Source of the DNA: Terriglobia bacterium
Lineage (GTDB): Bacteria; Acidobacteriota; Terriglobia; Terriglobales; Acidobacteriaceae
Direction of reading: 5' to 3'
Length of the DNA: 64,000 nucleotides
NCBI GenBank assembly: GCA_963832635.1
Contig: CAWHVH010000014.1
Span: 51,397 to 115,396, forward strand
This document shows positions 9,382 through 19,818 of this stretch, piece by piece. The position numbers and the translations under genes are program-made. The notes beneath the pieces were generated by a model. The model was not told the DNA's origin. It was given only the letters and a program-made list of their open reading frames with translations, and did no database searches. Each line of letters begins with the position of its first letter. Within the stretch, counting starts at the first letter, position 1.

Positions 9382-9702
9382 TTACAGATTCTTGGCGTTA
9401 TCCTCGCCGGTGGTGGTCTCCTGATACGCTTGCCGGCCGGCTTCGTACGCGGAGCGGAACTGCTCTTTCTGCTGATTCAGAACGTCGCGGCCGCGGTCAA
9501 CCCATTCGTTTGCCTGCTCGCGCGCCTTGCGCGCACGATGCCGCACGTATTCCCGTCCCTCGTCCGCGCGCGCGCGGATCACTTCGCGAGTCTCGTCCCC
9601 AGAGCGCGGCGCGTAGAGAACGCCGGCCAGCGCTCCGATGCCTAAACCCGCAAGAAACCAAAGGAAACTGTTGCTATCTCTATCCGACATACCAACCTCC
9701 AA
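9382..9702 (-). CDS. YtxH domain-containing protein
   Basis: N-terminal motif FLAGLGIGALAGVLYAPRSGDETRE followed by a charged helical tail, typical of the YtxH family. Confidence 0.7.
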   Translation of the reverse strand: MEVGMSDRDSNSFLWFLAGLGIGALAGVLYAPRSGDETREVIRARADEGREYVRHRARKAREQANEWVDRGRDVLNQQKEQFRSAYEAGRQAYQETTTGEDNAKNL

Positions 9703-9841
9703 CCATCAATGCATCTCATTCGGATGGTAGCACCCGCATTGGCGAAATACAATTCCGCGGCCGAACGATCGGCGGATATTGAAGGCTGAAAATGTCCGTT
9801 TGCAGGAACAACCCTTGTGGTGAGCAGCGTCCGGAGAGACA

Positions 9842-10297
9842 ATGTCGCAAACGACGGAGGGGCGTGTGTCAGACAGAAAATATCGCCAACGCGGATATCA
9901 GGACAGCGGCGACGACAAACAGAAGGCCCAAAGGCCTTCCGGTGATCGTCCCGCTAAGAAAGACACCTTTGGGCCGCGCGCTATCCAGATGCCGGGCACG
10001 CGCAGCATCTCGCGCTGTTCGCAATGCGGCACGGTGCTGCAGAACCTGACCGAGCCACTGGGTGCGTGTCCCAAGTGCGGCTTCGAACTGCACTCCTGCA
10101 AGCAGTGCTCTTATTTCGATCCCGCGAGCCGTTTCGAATGCATGCAACCAGTGAAAGAGCGTATTCCGCGCAAGGACGAGGGCAACGAGTGCTCGTTTTA
10201 TGCCATTCGCGTGATGGTGGAAAAGGAAACCTCAACCCCGGCGGCTTTGAAGCCACAGGATGCGCGGGCGGCGTTCGACAATTTGTTCAAGAAATAG
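9842..10297 (+). CDS. Hypothetical zinc-ribbon protein
   Basis: Basic N-terminus followed by CxxC pairs (CSQCG, CPKCG, CKQCS). Confidence 0.5.
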   Translation: MSQTTEGRVSDRKYRQRGYQDSGDDKQKAQRPSGDRPAKKDTFGPRAIQMPGTRSISRCSQCGTVLQNLTEPLGACPKCGFELHSCKQCSYFDPASRFECMQPVKERIPRKDEGNECSFYAIRVMVEKETSTPAALKPQDARAAFDNLFKK

Positions 10298-10317
10298 CTG
10301 ACGAGTGCTCGCGAAGG
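10297..10317. repeat. Partial copy of the heptamer-repeat element terminus
   Basis: GCTGACGAGTGCTCGCGAAGG closely matches the reverse complement of the copy-A left end (GCTGACGGCTGAGTGCTCGCGAAAAGG at 40277-40303). Confidence 0.35.
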
Positions 10318-10361
10318 CCGGGGACCGACAAACTTCGAGTTCCCAAGACTGGATCTGAAGC

Positions 10362-11084
10362 TCAAGGTTTTTGCGTTGGCCGCAGTAACACTTCACTGAC
10401 AAACGACTGAGGCGCCTGCGTGACCAGCATGGCCACCACGTGGGCAACATCGGCCGGCCGCAGCATCTTCCCCGGATCTTTGCCGGTATGTGGACTCAAT
10501 TCCGTGTCCACGGAGCCGGGGCACACAATCGAGGCACGGATGTTGTAGGCGCGTAGTTCCTCCGCGACCGAGTAGGTCAGACCGTTGAGTCCCCACTTGG
10601 AGGCCGCGTATGCGGCGCCGTTGGGCAAAGCGTTCTTTCCGGCCAGGGATGAGATGTTGACGATATGCCCAGAACCAGCGCGAATCATCATCGGTGCAAA
10701 CGCGCGGATCGTGTAATAAACACCGCGCAGATTGGTATTCAGGATCTGGTCCCAGGATTCGGGCGGTAACTGGTGCAGGGGACGGTTGAAGCCTCCAATG
10801 CCAGCATTGTTGACGAGCACATCGGTGTGACCGAAGGTTTTTTCGACGAAGGCCGCGGCCGCTTCCACGGAACCAAGTTCGGTAACGTCACATTCGATCA
10901 CTTGAGCGCGGCCGCCGCCTTGGGAGATAGCCTGCGCGGTTGCATCGAGGAGTGCACGCCCGCGTCCGCACAGTACGGTAGAGGCGCCAAGTTCCGCCAG
11001 TTTGCGGGCTATGGCCGCGCCGATGCCCCGGCCCGCCCCGGTAATCACAGCCACTTGTCCGTCGAGAGAGATGATTTGTCCCAT
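10362..11084 (-). CDS. SDR-family oxidoreductase
   Basis: TGAGRGIG cofactor motif, NNAG, YAASK catalytic motif. Start placed at Met 11084. Confidence 0.85.
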   Translation of the reverse strand: MGQIISLDGQVAVITGAGRGIGAAIARKLAELGASTVLCGRGRALLDATAQAISQGGGRAQVIECDVTELGSVEAAAAFVEKTFGHTDVLVNNAGIGGFNRPLHQLPPESWDQILNTNLRGVYYTIRAFAPMMIRAGSGHIVNISSLAGKNALPNGAAYAASKWGLNGLTYSVAEELRAYNIRASIVCPGSVDTELSPHTGKDPGKMLRPADVAHVVAMLVTQAPQSFVSEVLLRPTQKP

Positions 11085-11211
11085 ATTGAACTCTAGCTCC
11101 CTGTCACCTCGTGTGCTTGCATTGGATGTCCAGGCAGGGCTTCCGAACCATCCCACGCGACAAATTTTGCATCATATTTCGGAAGGATGAGTGTGCTCAA
11201 CAACGGGAAGC

Positions 11212-11240
11212 TTGCCTTCGCTCAAGTACATACTTATAAT
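11212..11240 (+). promoter_or_regulatory. Candidate sigma70 promoter (TTGCCT-17 nt-TATAAT) about 175 nt upstream of the 11416 gene
   Basis: Hexamers read at 11212-11217 and 11235-11240 with an exact 17-nt spacer. Confidence 0.4.
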
Positions 11241-11415
11241 CCGGCTCACCGGAATGCTACTCTGGCTGCCTTGATTTTCCGAAGGCGCTGGGTTTCCCGG
11301 ACCCAACGCATGAGTCGGAAGGCTCATGGTCTGATCTACCTGGGTGGGTTGGCGTTGTGCCCAGGTGGAAGTGGTCATCGTCGTTTTTCCTGAACAAGTG
11401 CTAAGGAGCTTTTGA

Positions 11416-12738
11416 ATGAAGAAGACCCTGTTATCCATTGTGCTGGCGTTTGCTGGAGTCTCCTCCGGTTTGCCCTCTGCCGTGGCACAAACGCCTGCCC
11501 AACCTGCGCCCACTGCGCAACCTGCCGCGGCCGCTCCGCAGCAACAGAAGAAGGAAATCAAGGACCCCGCTGAGTACAACGCCTACGTCGGCGCCGTGCA
11601 GCAAACGGATCCTGCTGCCAAGATCAGCGGTCTGGAAGCATTCCTTGTGCAGTATCCCAACAGCGTCATGAAAGAGGACGCAATCGAGTTGCTGATGGGC
11701 TCGTACCAGCAGACGGGGAACGCGGCCAAGATGGCAGACGCGGCTAAGCGCCTGCTGCAGGCGAACCCGAATAATGTCCGCGCGCTGGCGTTATTGGCCT
11801 ACACCGCGCGAACCTCGGCGCAGGCCGGCCAGAACGCCCAGCAGAATCTGGCGGATGCGAAGCAATACGGCGAAAGGGGTATACAAGCCCTGCCCGGCTT
11901 CACAAAGTCCGCCGGTATGTCGGACGCTGAATTTGAGAAGCTCAAGGGCCAAATGTCGGTCATCTTCAACGGCGCAGTGGGAATCGCAGCCTTGCAGGAC
12001 AAGGACTACGCCACGGCGACCAAGGATCTGAAGATCGCCGCCGATGGGAGTCCCACCGATTTCAGCCTGGTTTACCCCTTGGCGCTGGCTTATCTGACGT
12101 CCACACCTCCCGACTACATCAACGGCATCTGGTATGCCGCCCGTGCCTCGGTGGTGGCTCCGACGCCGCAATATCAGCAGCAGATCGAGAAGTATGCCAA
12201 GTCACAATACGTCAAGTACCACGCCGGAGAAGATGGCTGGACGGATGTGCTGACCCAGGCCAAGGCGAGCCCGACCCCGCCGGCAGGTTTCACCATCAAG
12301 CCGGCTCCAACTCCTGCGGAGCAGGCGGCGGCTCTGGTTAAGGACAAGACCCCAGACCAGATCAAGGCCCTCAGTTTCGCCGAATGGCAACTGGTTCTCT
12401 CGAAGGGAACGCCCGACGACGCAGCCAAGGTTTGGGATGCAATCAAAGGCGTCCCCTTGCAGATGGAGGGAGTGGTCATCAGCGCCACCAGCGATCAGAT
12501 CCTGATTGCGGAAAGCTCGGATGATATTGAGCAAAAGAAAGCGGACATCACCCTGACCATGAACGGGCCCATCCCGGCGAAACTTATGCCCAAGGAAGGC
12601 GCGACGCTGGATTTTGAAGGCACGCCCGCTTCCTACGTCGCCAGTCCTTTCATGGTGACCATGGAAAAAGGTGAATTGCTCACGAAGGCCACTCCGGCCC
12701 CGAAGAAGCCTCCGGTGCATCGGCGGCCTTCCCGCTAG
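11416..12738 (+). CDS. Secreted TPR-like repeat protein (hypothetical)
   Basis: Signal peptide, low-complexity PAQ linker, TPR-like helical repeats. An SD (AAGGAG) precedes the ATG. Confidence 0.6.
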   Translation: MKKTLLSIVLAFAGVSSGLPSAVAQTPAQPAPTAQPAAAAPQQQKKEIKDPAEYNAYVGAVQQTDPAAKISGLEAFLVQYPNSVMKEDAIELLMGSYQQTGNAAKMADAAKRLLQANPNNVRALALLAYTARTSAQAGQNAQQNLADAKQYGERGIQALPGFTKSAGMSDAEFEKLKGQMSVIFNGAVGIAALQDKDYATATKDLKIAADGSPTDFSLVYPLALAYLTSTPPDYINGIWYAARASVVAPTPQYQQQIEKYAKSQYVKYHAGEDGWTDVLTQAKASPTPPAGFTIKPAPTPAEQAAALVKDKTPDQIKALSFAEWQLVLSKGTPDDAAKVWDAIKGVPLQMEGVVISATSDQILIAESSDDIEQKKADITLTMNGPIPAKLMPKEGATLDFEGTPASYVASPFMVTMEKGELLTKATPAPKKPPVHRRPSR

Positions 12739-12763
12739 AACGCAAGTGAGTTTCAGCAAAGCT

Positions 12764-12794
12764 CAAGGCAGCCTTCGGGCTGCCTTGCTTTTTG
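12764..12794 (+). terminator. Rho-independent terminator
   Basis: 10-bp stem CAAGGCAGCC / GGCTGCCTTG, TTCG loop, then CTTTTTGG. Confidence 0.75.
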
Positions 12795-12817
12795 GAAGTG
12801 ATTTGGGTGCGCGGTTC

Positions 12818-13096
12818 TTAGCGCGCCGCTTTTTTCTCGAAAGTGGCCGGACGGGCGCTGCGGGGAGGGCGTTTGACTCCATCGCGGAGTTGACGGACGT
12901 CGATCTTGAGCTCGGAGATGGTTCGGCTCAGAGTGTTGCGATGCATGCCGAGTTCGCGTGCGGCCCGGCACTGGTTGCCCTTATTCTCCTGCAGTACGGT
13001 CAAGATGAACCTCTTCTTGAACTCGCGTACCGCTTCTGAATAGAGGATGTTGCTTTTGTACATTTGCATGATGAGGGCTTCGAGCTGATCTCTCAC
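12818..13096 (-). CDS. Fis-family helix-turn-helix DNA-binding protein
   Basis: C-terminal HTH_8-type motif (GNQCRAARELGMHRNTLSRTISEL). Confidence 0.7.
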   Translation of the reverse strand: MRDQLEALIMQMYKSNILYSEAVREFKKRFILTVLQENKGNQCRAARELGMHRNTLSRTISELKIDVRQLRDGVKRPPRSARPATFEKKAAR

Positions 13097-13180
13097 GGCA
13101 TCTCTCTTTCTAGGTGCAACGCGGCCTCACCAGCAAGCCGCCGTTATGAAAACTATCCGCTGTTTATGAAACCTTCTGCC

Positions 13181-13729
13181 TTACCTGGCAGGCGCGCCGG
13201 ATGTCGTGCTCGACGGCTGCCGCTGTTGGCGCAGCATATCCAATCCCTGATAGAACCGGCCGCGTAATTCCGAGGGCGCAACCCAAATCGCAGCCCTGCC
13301 GACCACCAGGAAATACGGAGCGAATTCCGAGCCTTCCAGCCACTTCGAAGTGGGCGTGAATGCGGTCATTCCCATCAGCACCACGGCCACGATCAAACCA
13401 CCCCGAAGCAAACCCAGCGCCGCGCCTAACACACGGTCGACGATGTTGAGCCCGGCTTCCTTAACCGCCCAGCGTGCGATCTTTCCCGCAATGCCCGCCA
13501 GAACCAGCACCGACAAAAAAATGATAAGAAACCCGGCAATATCCCCCAACCAAGGTGATTTGAGGTTGGGTCCAAACCAAGCCGATAATCGATGGTACTG
13601 CCAAGCGGCCAGCAGATAGGCCAGCACCAGCCCAGCCATGCTGAAAGCTGCATGGAAAAAGCCCTCGGCGGCAGCCTGCGCCGCCGAAACCAGAATCACC
13701 GCTAAAATCATCCAATCCGCACCGCTCAT
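13181..13729 (-). CDS. cvpA: CvpA-family membrane protein
   Basis: Four hydrophobic helices and a CvpA-like N-terminus (DWMILAVILVSAAQAAAEGF). Confidence 0.7.
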   Translation of the reverse strand: MSGADWMILAVILVSAAQAAAEGFFHAAFSMAGLVLAYLLAAWQYHRLSAWFGPNLKSPWLGDIAGFLIIFLSVLVLAGIAGKIARWAVKEAGLNIVDRVLGAALGLLRGGLIVAVVLMGMTAFTPTSKWLEGSEFAPYFLVVGRAAIWVAPSELRGRFYQGLDMLRQQRQPSSTTSGAPAR

Positions 13730-13756
13730 GAGAATCTCCCACGCGCGGCTTGACGC

Positions 13757-14668
13757 CTAAACATCCAACTCACGACCGGTGAGCCGGTGGTACGCCTCGA
13801 CGTACTTTTCGCCGGTCTTGCGCGCCACTTCGGGGGGAAGCGCGGGGGCGGGCGGTTGCTTGTTCCAGTGAATTTCTTCGAGGTAATCCCTGACGTATTG
13901 CTTATCGAAAGAGTCTTGCGCCTTTCCCGGCTTATAGCTGTCCGCCGGCCAGAAACGGGAGGAATCGGGCGTGAGCACTTCGTCGGCCAGCGTGATTCCG
14001 GCCGGAGTGCGGCCAAACTCGAACTTGGTGTCCGCAATGATAATGCCCTTGGTGCGGGCATAATCGGAGGCAGTCTTATAGAGCTTCAGGCTGATGTCCC
14101 GCAGTTGACGGCTCTCCTCAGGATCGACCAGCTTGCACATCTCCTCGAAGGAAATGTTGATGTCGTGACCGCTGGTGGCCTTGGTCGCGGGCGTAAAAAT
14201 CGGCTCGGGAAGCTGATCCGATTCTTTCAGTCCGGCGGGCAGGGAAATGCCGCACACCTTACCGCTTGCGTTGTATTCCTTCCATCCCGATCCTGACAGG
14301 TATCCGCGCACCACGCATTCGACGGGAAACATCTCCCCCCGCATAACCAGCATGGAACGCCCGCGAAGCTGGTCAGCGTACTTGCGCACGGCTGCGGGAT
14401 AACGCTCGACATCGGCGGTGATGAAGTGGTTGGGAACAATGTCCTTGAGGAAATCGAACCAGAACAGCGAAATCTGGGTCAGCACCCGGCCCTTGTGAGG
14501 AATCCCGGTGGCGAGAACATAGTCGAATGCCGAGATGCGATCGGTGGCCACGAACAGGAGACGTTCGTTGTCCAGACGGTAAACGTCACGCACCTTTCCG
14601 CTGGCGTGCAGTTCGAGATCCGGAAAATCAGTTTGCAGGAGAACGGAGTCGAGAAGTTGAGAAGTCAT
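13757..14668 (-). CDS. purC: Phosphoribosylaminoimidazole-succinocarboxamide (SAICAR) synthase
   Basis: Full-length PurC similarity ([26 protein letters not shown]). Confidence 0.92.
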   Translation of the reverse strand: MTSQLLDSVLLQTDFPDLELHASGKVRDVYRLDNERLLFVATDRISAFDYVLATGIPHKGRVLTQISLFWFDFLKDIVPNHFITADVERYPAAVRKYADQLRGRSMLVMRGEMFPVECVVRGYLSGSGWKEYNASGKVCGISLPAGLKESDQLPEPIFTPATKATSGHDINISFEEMCKLVDPEESRQLRDISLKLYKTASDYARTKGIIIADTKFEFGRTPAGITLADEVLTPDSSRFWPADSYKPGKAQDSFDKQYVRDYLEEIHWNKQPPAPALPPEVARKTGEKYVEAYHRLTGRELDV

Positions 14669-14699
14669 ATAAGAATTTTACAGGCAGAAAACGACGCGT

Positions 14700-14727
14700 A
14701 TTCTAGCGTGCCAGAAATTTTTGTCAA
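14700..14727 (-). promoter_or_regulatory. Candidate sigma70 promoter for purC (TTGACA-17 nt-TAGAAT on the minus strand)
   Basis: The reverse complement of 14700-14727 reads TTGACA AAAATTTCTGGCACGC TAGAAT. It lies about 30 nt upstream of the purC start. Confidence 0.5.
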
Positions 14728-14895
14728 CGACTTCCGTCACCCACACGCAGCCGGGAAGAGATCGCATTCACAGAAAAAAGGTTGACAGCCGCGAGAGTCG
14801 GTGGATTCGCTTGTCCGGCAAGGGTTTCGGGGGAATGCCTTTGTGGAAATTCTGAGGATGGCGGAGGATAAAAGAGGCGCAGATGAACTGCACCT

Positions 14896-17800
14896 CTACG
14901 CACTAGCCCCAAAACGCACAGACACCAGCTTCGACACGCCCGGTTCCTGCATGGTCACTCCGTAGAGAACCGGAGCGATGCTCATGGTTTTCTTGCTGTG
15001 CGTGATCAACACGAACTGGGTCTGGATACTCATCTCTTTCACCAATTCGGTGAAGCGGCCGATGTTGGCTTCGTCGAGAGGCGCGTCGACTTCGTCAAGA
15101 ATGCAGAACGGGCTCGGCTGATATTGGAAAATCCCCACCAGCAGCGATAGCGCCGTCAAAGCCTTTTCCCCACCGGAAAGAAGCAGGACGTTCTGCAGTT
15201 TCTTTCCCGGAGGCGACGCCACTACATCAATGCCGCTCTCGGCGCTGTTCTCTTCGTCCGTGAGGCGCATGAAGGCGTGACCTCCGCCAAACAGCTTCTT
15301 GAAGGTGCTCTGGAAGTTGTCGTTGATCTTGTGGAAGGCCTCTTCGAATTTCTGGCGCGAGAAGACGTCGATTTCCCTGATGGTAGCCTGAGTGTTCTCA
15401 ATCGAGTCGAGCAGGTCTTTGCGCTGGGTATCGAGGAAAGCGTGGCGTTCCGCCGTCTCTTTGTACTCTTCGAGCGCCATCATGTTGACCGGGCCCATGG
15501 CATCGAGACGGGTTCGCATCTCGCGGTAAACCTGGTCCTCGGCCACAAGTTCCTCTCCGGTGGCGATGGGAATCGTAATGTCGGCCATCAGTTCGTGGCG
15601 CTGGACCCCCAGATCGTTCAGACAGGTTTCCGCCATGTATTGCGTATCCGATTGCAGTTTGGCCATGGCGGCTGACAGTTCTCCGCGGCGGTCGCGGGCT
15701 TGGTCGAGCAACAGCCGAGTCTGGCGCAGGGCTTCGTCGATTTCGCCCAGCCGGGTCCGGACCTGCTCCGATTCAGTTTGGAGTGCAGCGTCGCGCGAGT
15801 CGCCGGCGTTCCGCTCGCTTTCCAGTTCGACAAGTTGACTCGCGAGCGTCTCGTTCTCCGCTTCCCGTTGAAGCTTCTCGGCTGCCGAGCCGTCGATCTG
15901 GGAGCGTAATGCGGTCACCCGCTCGCTCATCTCGGCGACCAGAGCCTCGATTCGCTGCAGTACGCTGGCAGCGGCGCGATGACGTTCTTCGAGGGTCGCC
16001 ACCCGGGCCAGGTGCTGAGACGCATTCTCGGCGGCAACGTCACGTGCCACGCGCTGGCCGGCAAGTTGCTCCTGAGCGCTGGCGGTAGTCCGCTCCAGTT
16101 CCAGGCGCTGCGCATCGAGGGCGTCGATCTCCGCATGGCGGGCAGTGATCAGACTCTCCTGTTCAGAGCGCTCCAACGCCAGACGTTGCAGTTCATGGCG
16201 GCAGGTATTCACGCGTTCGCCGACCCGGTTCATTTCGGATTCGAGTTGCTGCAACAGGTGGCCCGATGTCATGGCCTGCTTTTCCGCCTCCCGCTTTTCC
16301 TCTTCCAGACGTTCAAGCAGGGAAGTGAGTTCCTTGATTTCCCGGCCCAAGGTGAGGACGCGCATCTCCTCGTTGCGCAGCGCGCCTTCCAGATCGGTCA
16401 TCAGGCGCAAAACATCGCGTAATTCGCGCTTCATCGAAAGCGGGCCTTCCGCTCGCTGTTTGCCTCCCGTAACCGTTACGTTGTGGAAGCACTCTCCCGA
16501 CTGCGACAGGAAGAAGGCGTCGGGATTCGATAGCGCTAGTTCGCGCGCAAAACCCGGATCGGGAACGATGTAGCCGTCACGCAGTTTCGGCAGGATCACT
16601 TCCAGCGACTTGCCGAAGCCATCAAGCACGCGGATGGTGTTCTTCAGAGGAACGATCGAGTGGCTGGGCGGCGCATGATGTGCGTTCTCATCCACCACAA
16701 AAGAAAACTTCGCTTGTGAATCTTCTGGATGAACCAGGAAAGTGGCCCTGCCATCGACATCCGTACGCAGCAAGCGCAGTCCTTCATCGGCGGCATCCCA
16801 CGACTTGACCACGATGTAGTTGAGTTCATCGCGCAGGAAATCTTCGACCACGCCTTCGTAACGCCCTTCGACTTCGAGGAAATCTGCCAGGACGCCGACT
16901 GGCGCCAGACCGCCATTCATCACACCCGATTGGAAGAGACGCCGGACGGATTCCGTAGAATAGCCGTGCTCGGCGATGACGGCTTCCAACGAGCCTTTCT
17001 TGCCGATAGCCGTGGCGAACTCGGCGCGCAGCCCGTCCAGGTGTTGCTTCGCCTGCGACTCCTCGCGGCGGTTTAGTTCTAGCACTTGGCGAGTCTGTCC
17101 GATTTCTTCGCTGAGACCCCGCACGCGTTGGGAAACGGTTTCAAATTCCAGAGCCAGTTGGCCACGCTGTCCACCGAAGGCCTCAACCTGGGAGTTTCCA
17201 GTCGCGAGCTCGGATTGCAGGCGCTGCGCCTCACGATCGACGGCGGCCAGACGCTCCTCAGCCTGGGTCAATTGGTTCCGCAAGTTGGCCGTGGATGCGA
17301 CCGCCTGCATGATGGCGATACGCGAGGATTCCTGCTGCCGCTCAAGCTCGGCCAAACTGTTGGAAGCGATAGTCGCTTCCTGCTGGCAGCGGGCGAACTC
17401 TTGCTGCGCGGCTGCGACATCGGCAGCCGCCGATCGGAGAATCTGAACATTTGAGTCGCGCTCGGCTTCGAGGTTGGCAAGCCGGCTCTGCGCTTGCGCC
17501 AGTTCTGCCTCGGAAGCCGCGGCGCGGACAACTAGTTCCTCACAGCGCTCTTCGTTATGGCGGCGCTGGGCGATGGCGCGATCCGTTTCGAGCTTGATCT
17601 GGTTCAGGCGCTCGCGGTTTTCGCGCAGCTCGTTCTCGATAGTGTATCCGCGCTGGGTGCGGTCGCTGTTTTCGGCTTCGAGTTGCTGCACGGATTCGGT
17701 CTGCAGGCGCATCTCTTCCGACAGGGAAGCGATGCCAGCTTCGAGTTCCGCATTCTCCCGCTCGAGCTGGGCAAACTTGCTGGCCAGCACCACCCTCAGC

Positions 17801-18718
17801 TTGGCGCGCATTTCGTCCCGCAGGCGGGCGTAGCGTTCGGCCTTTGAGGCCTGACGCTTAAGCGAGTTCATCTGCCGCGTGACTTCTTCGAAGATGTCGT
17901 TCACGCGGTTCAGGTTCTGCTTGGCGTCTTCCAGGCGAGCTTCGGCGAGGCGCTTCTTGGTTTTGAACTTGGTGATGCCGGCAGCTTCTTCAATGATTGC
18001 CCGTCGGTCAGTGGGACGGCTGCTCAGAATCTGGCCAATGCGTCCCTGCTCGATGAGCGCGTAAGACTCTGGGCCGAGGCCGGTCCCCATGAACAGTTCC
18101 TGAATATCGCGCAGGCGGCAGAGCTTGCCATTCAATAGATATTCGCTGTCGCCGGAGCGGAACAGCCGGCGGGTAACGGCGATCTCACCCTTATGGAACT
18201 GCTGCTGATTGAATTTGCGCCGGCGGATCTTAAGCACTACTTGAGGTCCCGCGACTTCGGCTTGCGCGACTTCGGGTGCGGGTTCGCCCTCACACTTCTT
18301 CGGTTTTGCCAGGCTGCGCTTCTTCGGTGAGGCGCTCGGTTTCTTCGGCAGCCTGAGCACGGATGGAAGCTTCGTCCCAATCTCCGGTGGGCATGTCGTC
18401 TCGGACTTCGATCTCGGTCGGCAGGTTGGCGTCGGCACCGTCGTACTGCTCGGGATCGATGAGGGTCAGCGACACCTCGGCCATGCCGGTGGGCTTGCGG
18501 TCGCGGGTGCCGGCAAAGATGACGTCTTCCATGCGCGATCCGCGCAGGGTCTTGGCCGACTGCTCGCCCAGCACCCAGGAGATGGCATCGGCGATGTTCG
18601 ACTTGCCGCATCCGTTGGGACCGATGATGGCCGCGATACCGTCGCCGTGAAACTTGAGCTCGGTGCGGTCGCAAAAGGACTTGAACCCGAGAATCTGCAG
18701 CTTTTTCAGTTTGAGCAA
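14896..18718 (-). pseudogene. smc: Chromosome segregation protein SMC, frame broken by an apparent 1-nt insertion (possibly a sequencing artefact)
   Basis: The N-terminal head with Walker A GPNGCGKSN is in ORF 18290..18718 (TTG start, GAAGGAG SD). The coiled coil, hinge, signature LSGGEKALTALSLL and Walker B ILDEVDAPLD are in ORF 14896..18438. The two ORFs overlap in different frames. Confidence 0.85.
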
Positions 18719-19050
18719 CTTCTACTCCTTCGAGAACCGGGGGCCACGGTGTTTACCAGACGGATTCCTCATCCGACGAAAGCGATGCCTGCCGCGCACG
18801 ATTCCGTCCCCAGGCTGGATAGGGCGGGCACAGATTGAAGCTACTGTACCGACGAAATCCTGCCGGGGTCAAGCATGAAAACACTATATATAGGGTGCCC
18901 TTTTGCACAAACCACCTATATTGCACACGTTATGCAGCAAGTGCGCGGGATAAGCGGAGAGGGAAGGAGGTCGGAGGGATGAATCGCGAGAGCGGAAGTA
19001 GGGTAGCGCGGCGAATCGGTCAGCGCAAGAGCGATCGTCGGCGAAATCTC

Positions 19051-19090
19051 ATTGCCACATCCTTGGCAATATGACATCTTATAGGATGTC
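19051..19090 (+). promoter_or_regulatory. Two adjacent palindromes immediately upstream of the PIN toxin gene (operator or RBS-occluding hairpin candidates)
   Basis: ATTGCCA-6 nt-TGGCAAT (19051-19070) and GACATC-6 nt-GATGTC (19073-19090). The second covers the AGGA Shine-Dalgarno at 19083-19086. Confidence 0.35.
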
Positions 19091-19092
19091 TA

Positions 19093-19521
19093 ATGATAGG
19101 CAGAATCGTACTGGACACATCGGTCATCGTTTCTGCGCTCAGGAGCCGGAGCGGCGCGGGGAATGCGGTGCTCCAATTGGTTGCGACCCGTCAATTGCTC
19201 CTCTTGATGTCGCCTCCACTCTTTCTTGAGTACGAGGACGCATTGAAACGCCCCGAGCATCGCTTGGTACATGGGCTGACTCTGGACGAAGTCGACGAAT
19301 TCTTGCGAGAGCTGGCGGCTCTTGTGGAACCGGTTGATCTCCATTTTCAGTGGCGGCCGCAGTCGCGAGATCCGAGTGACGAGATGGTTCTAGAAACAGC
19401 GATCAACGGGCGGGCAGAAGCTCTGGTCACTTACAATGTGGTTGATTTTGCCGCGGCAGGAAAGCGCTTCGGAATTCCGATTCTCAGGCCGGGCGATCTT
19501 TTGAAAAAGGCGAAACGATGA
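19093..19521 (+). CDS. PIN-domain toxin (toxin-antitoxin system)
   Basis: The N-terminal VLDTSVIV acidic motif and overall PIN_3-like layout. It overlaps the downstream small gene by 4 nt. Confidence 0.72.
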   Translation: MIGRIVLDTSVIVSALRSRSGAGNAVLQLVATRQLLLLMSPPLFLEYEDALKRPEHRLVHGLTLDEVDEFLRELAALVEPVDLHFQWRPQSRDPSDEMVLETAINGRAEALVTYNVVDFAAAGKRFGIPILRPGDLLKKAKR

Positions 19522-19766
19522 GCAAGGCAACCTATCCTTTGAAACTGCCACTTTCGATCAAGAAGGCAGCCCAACGGCTGGCCAAGGAAGATGGTGTGTC
19601 GTTGAACCAGTGGATCGCGGCTGCGGTCGCTGAGAAAGTCGGGGTAGTGGAAACCGCGGCTGAGTTTTTCGCGAAGCGGAAAGGGAAGGCAACTGGAGAT
19701 GGGCTGATGAAATTTCTTCGCAAGGCGCCGAATACGGAGCCGGACGCCGAGGATCGGACGCGGTGA
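19518..19766 (+). CDS. Putative antitoxin (ribbon-helix-helix / HicB-like DNA-binding protein)
   Basis: 82-aa protein with an N-terminal beta-strand plus helices (LKLPLSIKKAAQRLAKEDGVSLNQWIAAAV). Translationally coupled to the PIN gene via ATGA. Confidence 0.6.
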   Translation: MSKATYPLKLPLSIKKAAQRLAKEDGVSLNQWIAAAVAEKVGVVETAAEFFAKRKGKATGDGLMKFLRKAPNTEPDAEDRTR

Positions 19767-19818
19767 TCCCTTCGCTCGCGCGACAACCGAGCCGGCTGTC
19801 GCCACGTGAGCATCGCCG

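Noticed and set aside
11172-11579. A 135-aa minus-strand ORF and a 68-aa plus-strand ORF (11187-11393) in the 330-bp gap.
   Set aside because: The first overlaps the well-supported start of the 11416 gene in antisense. Both have atypical composition and no SD, so the region is treated as non-coding leader instead.
18835-19074. A 79-aa ORF in the smc / PIN-toxin intergenic region, considered as an upstream antitoxin.
   Set aside because: It has no SD, an Arg-rich low-complexity translation, and no RHH/AbrB/HTH pattern. The downstream 82-aa gene is a far better antitoxin candidate.
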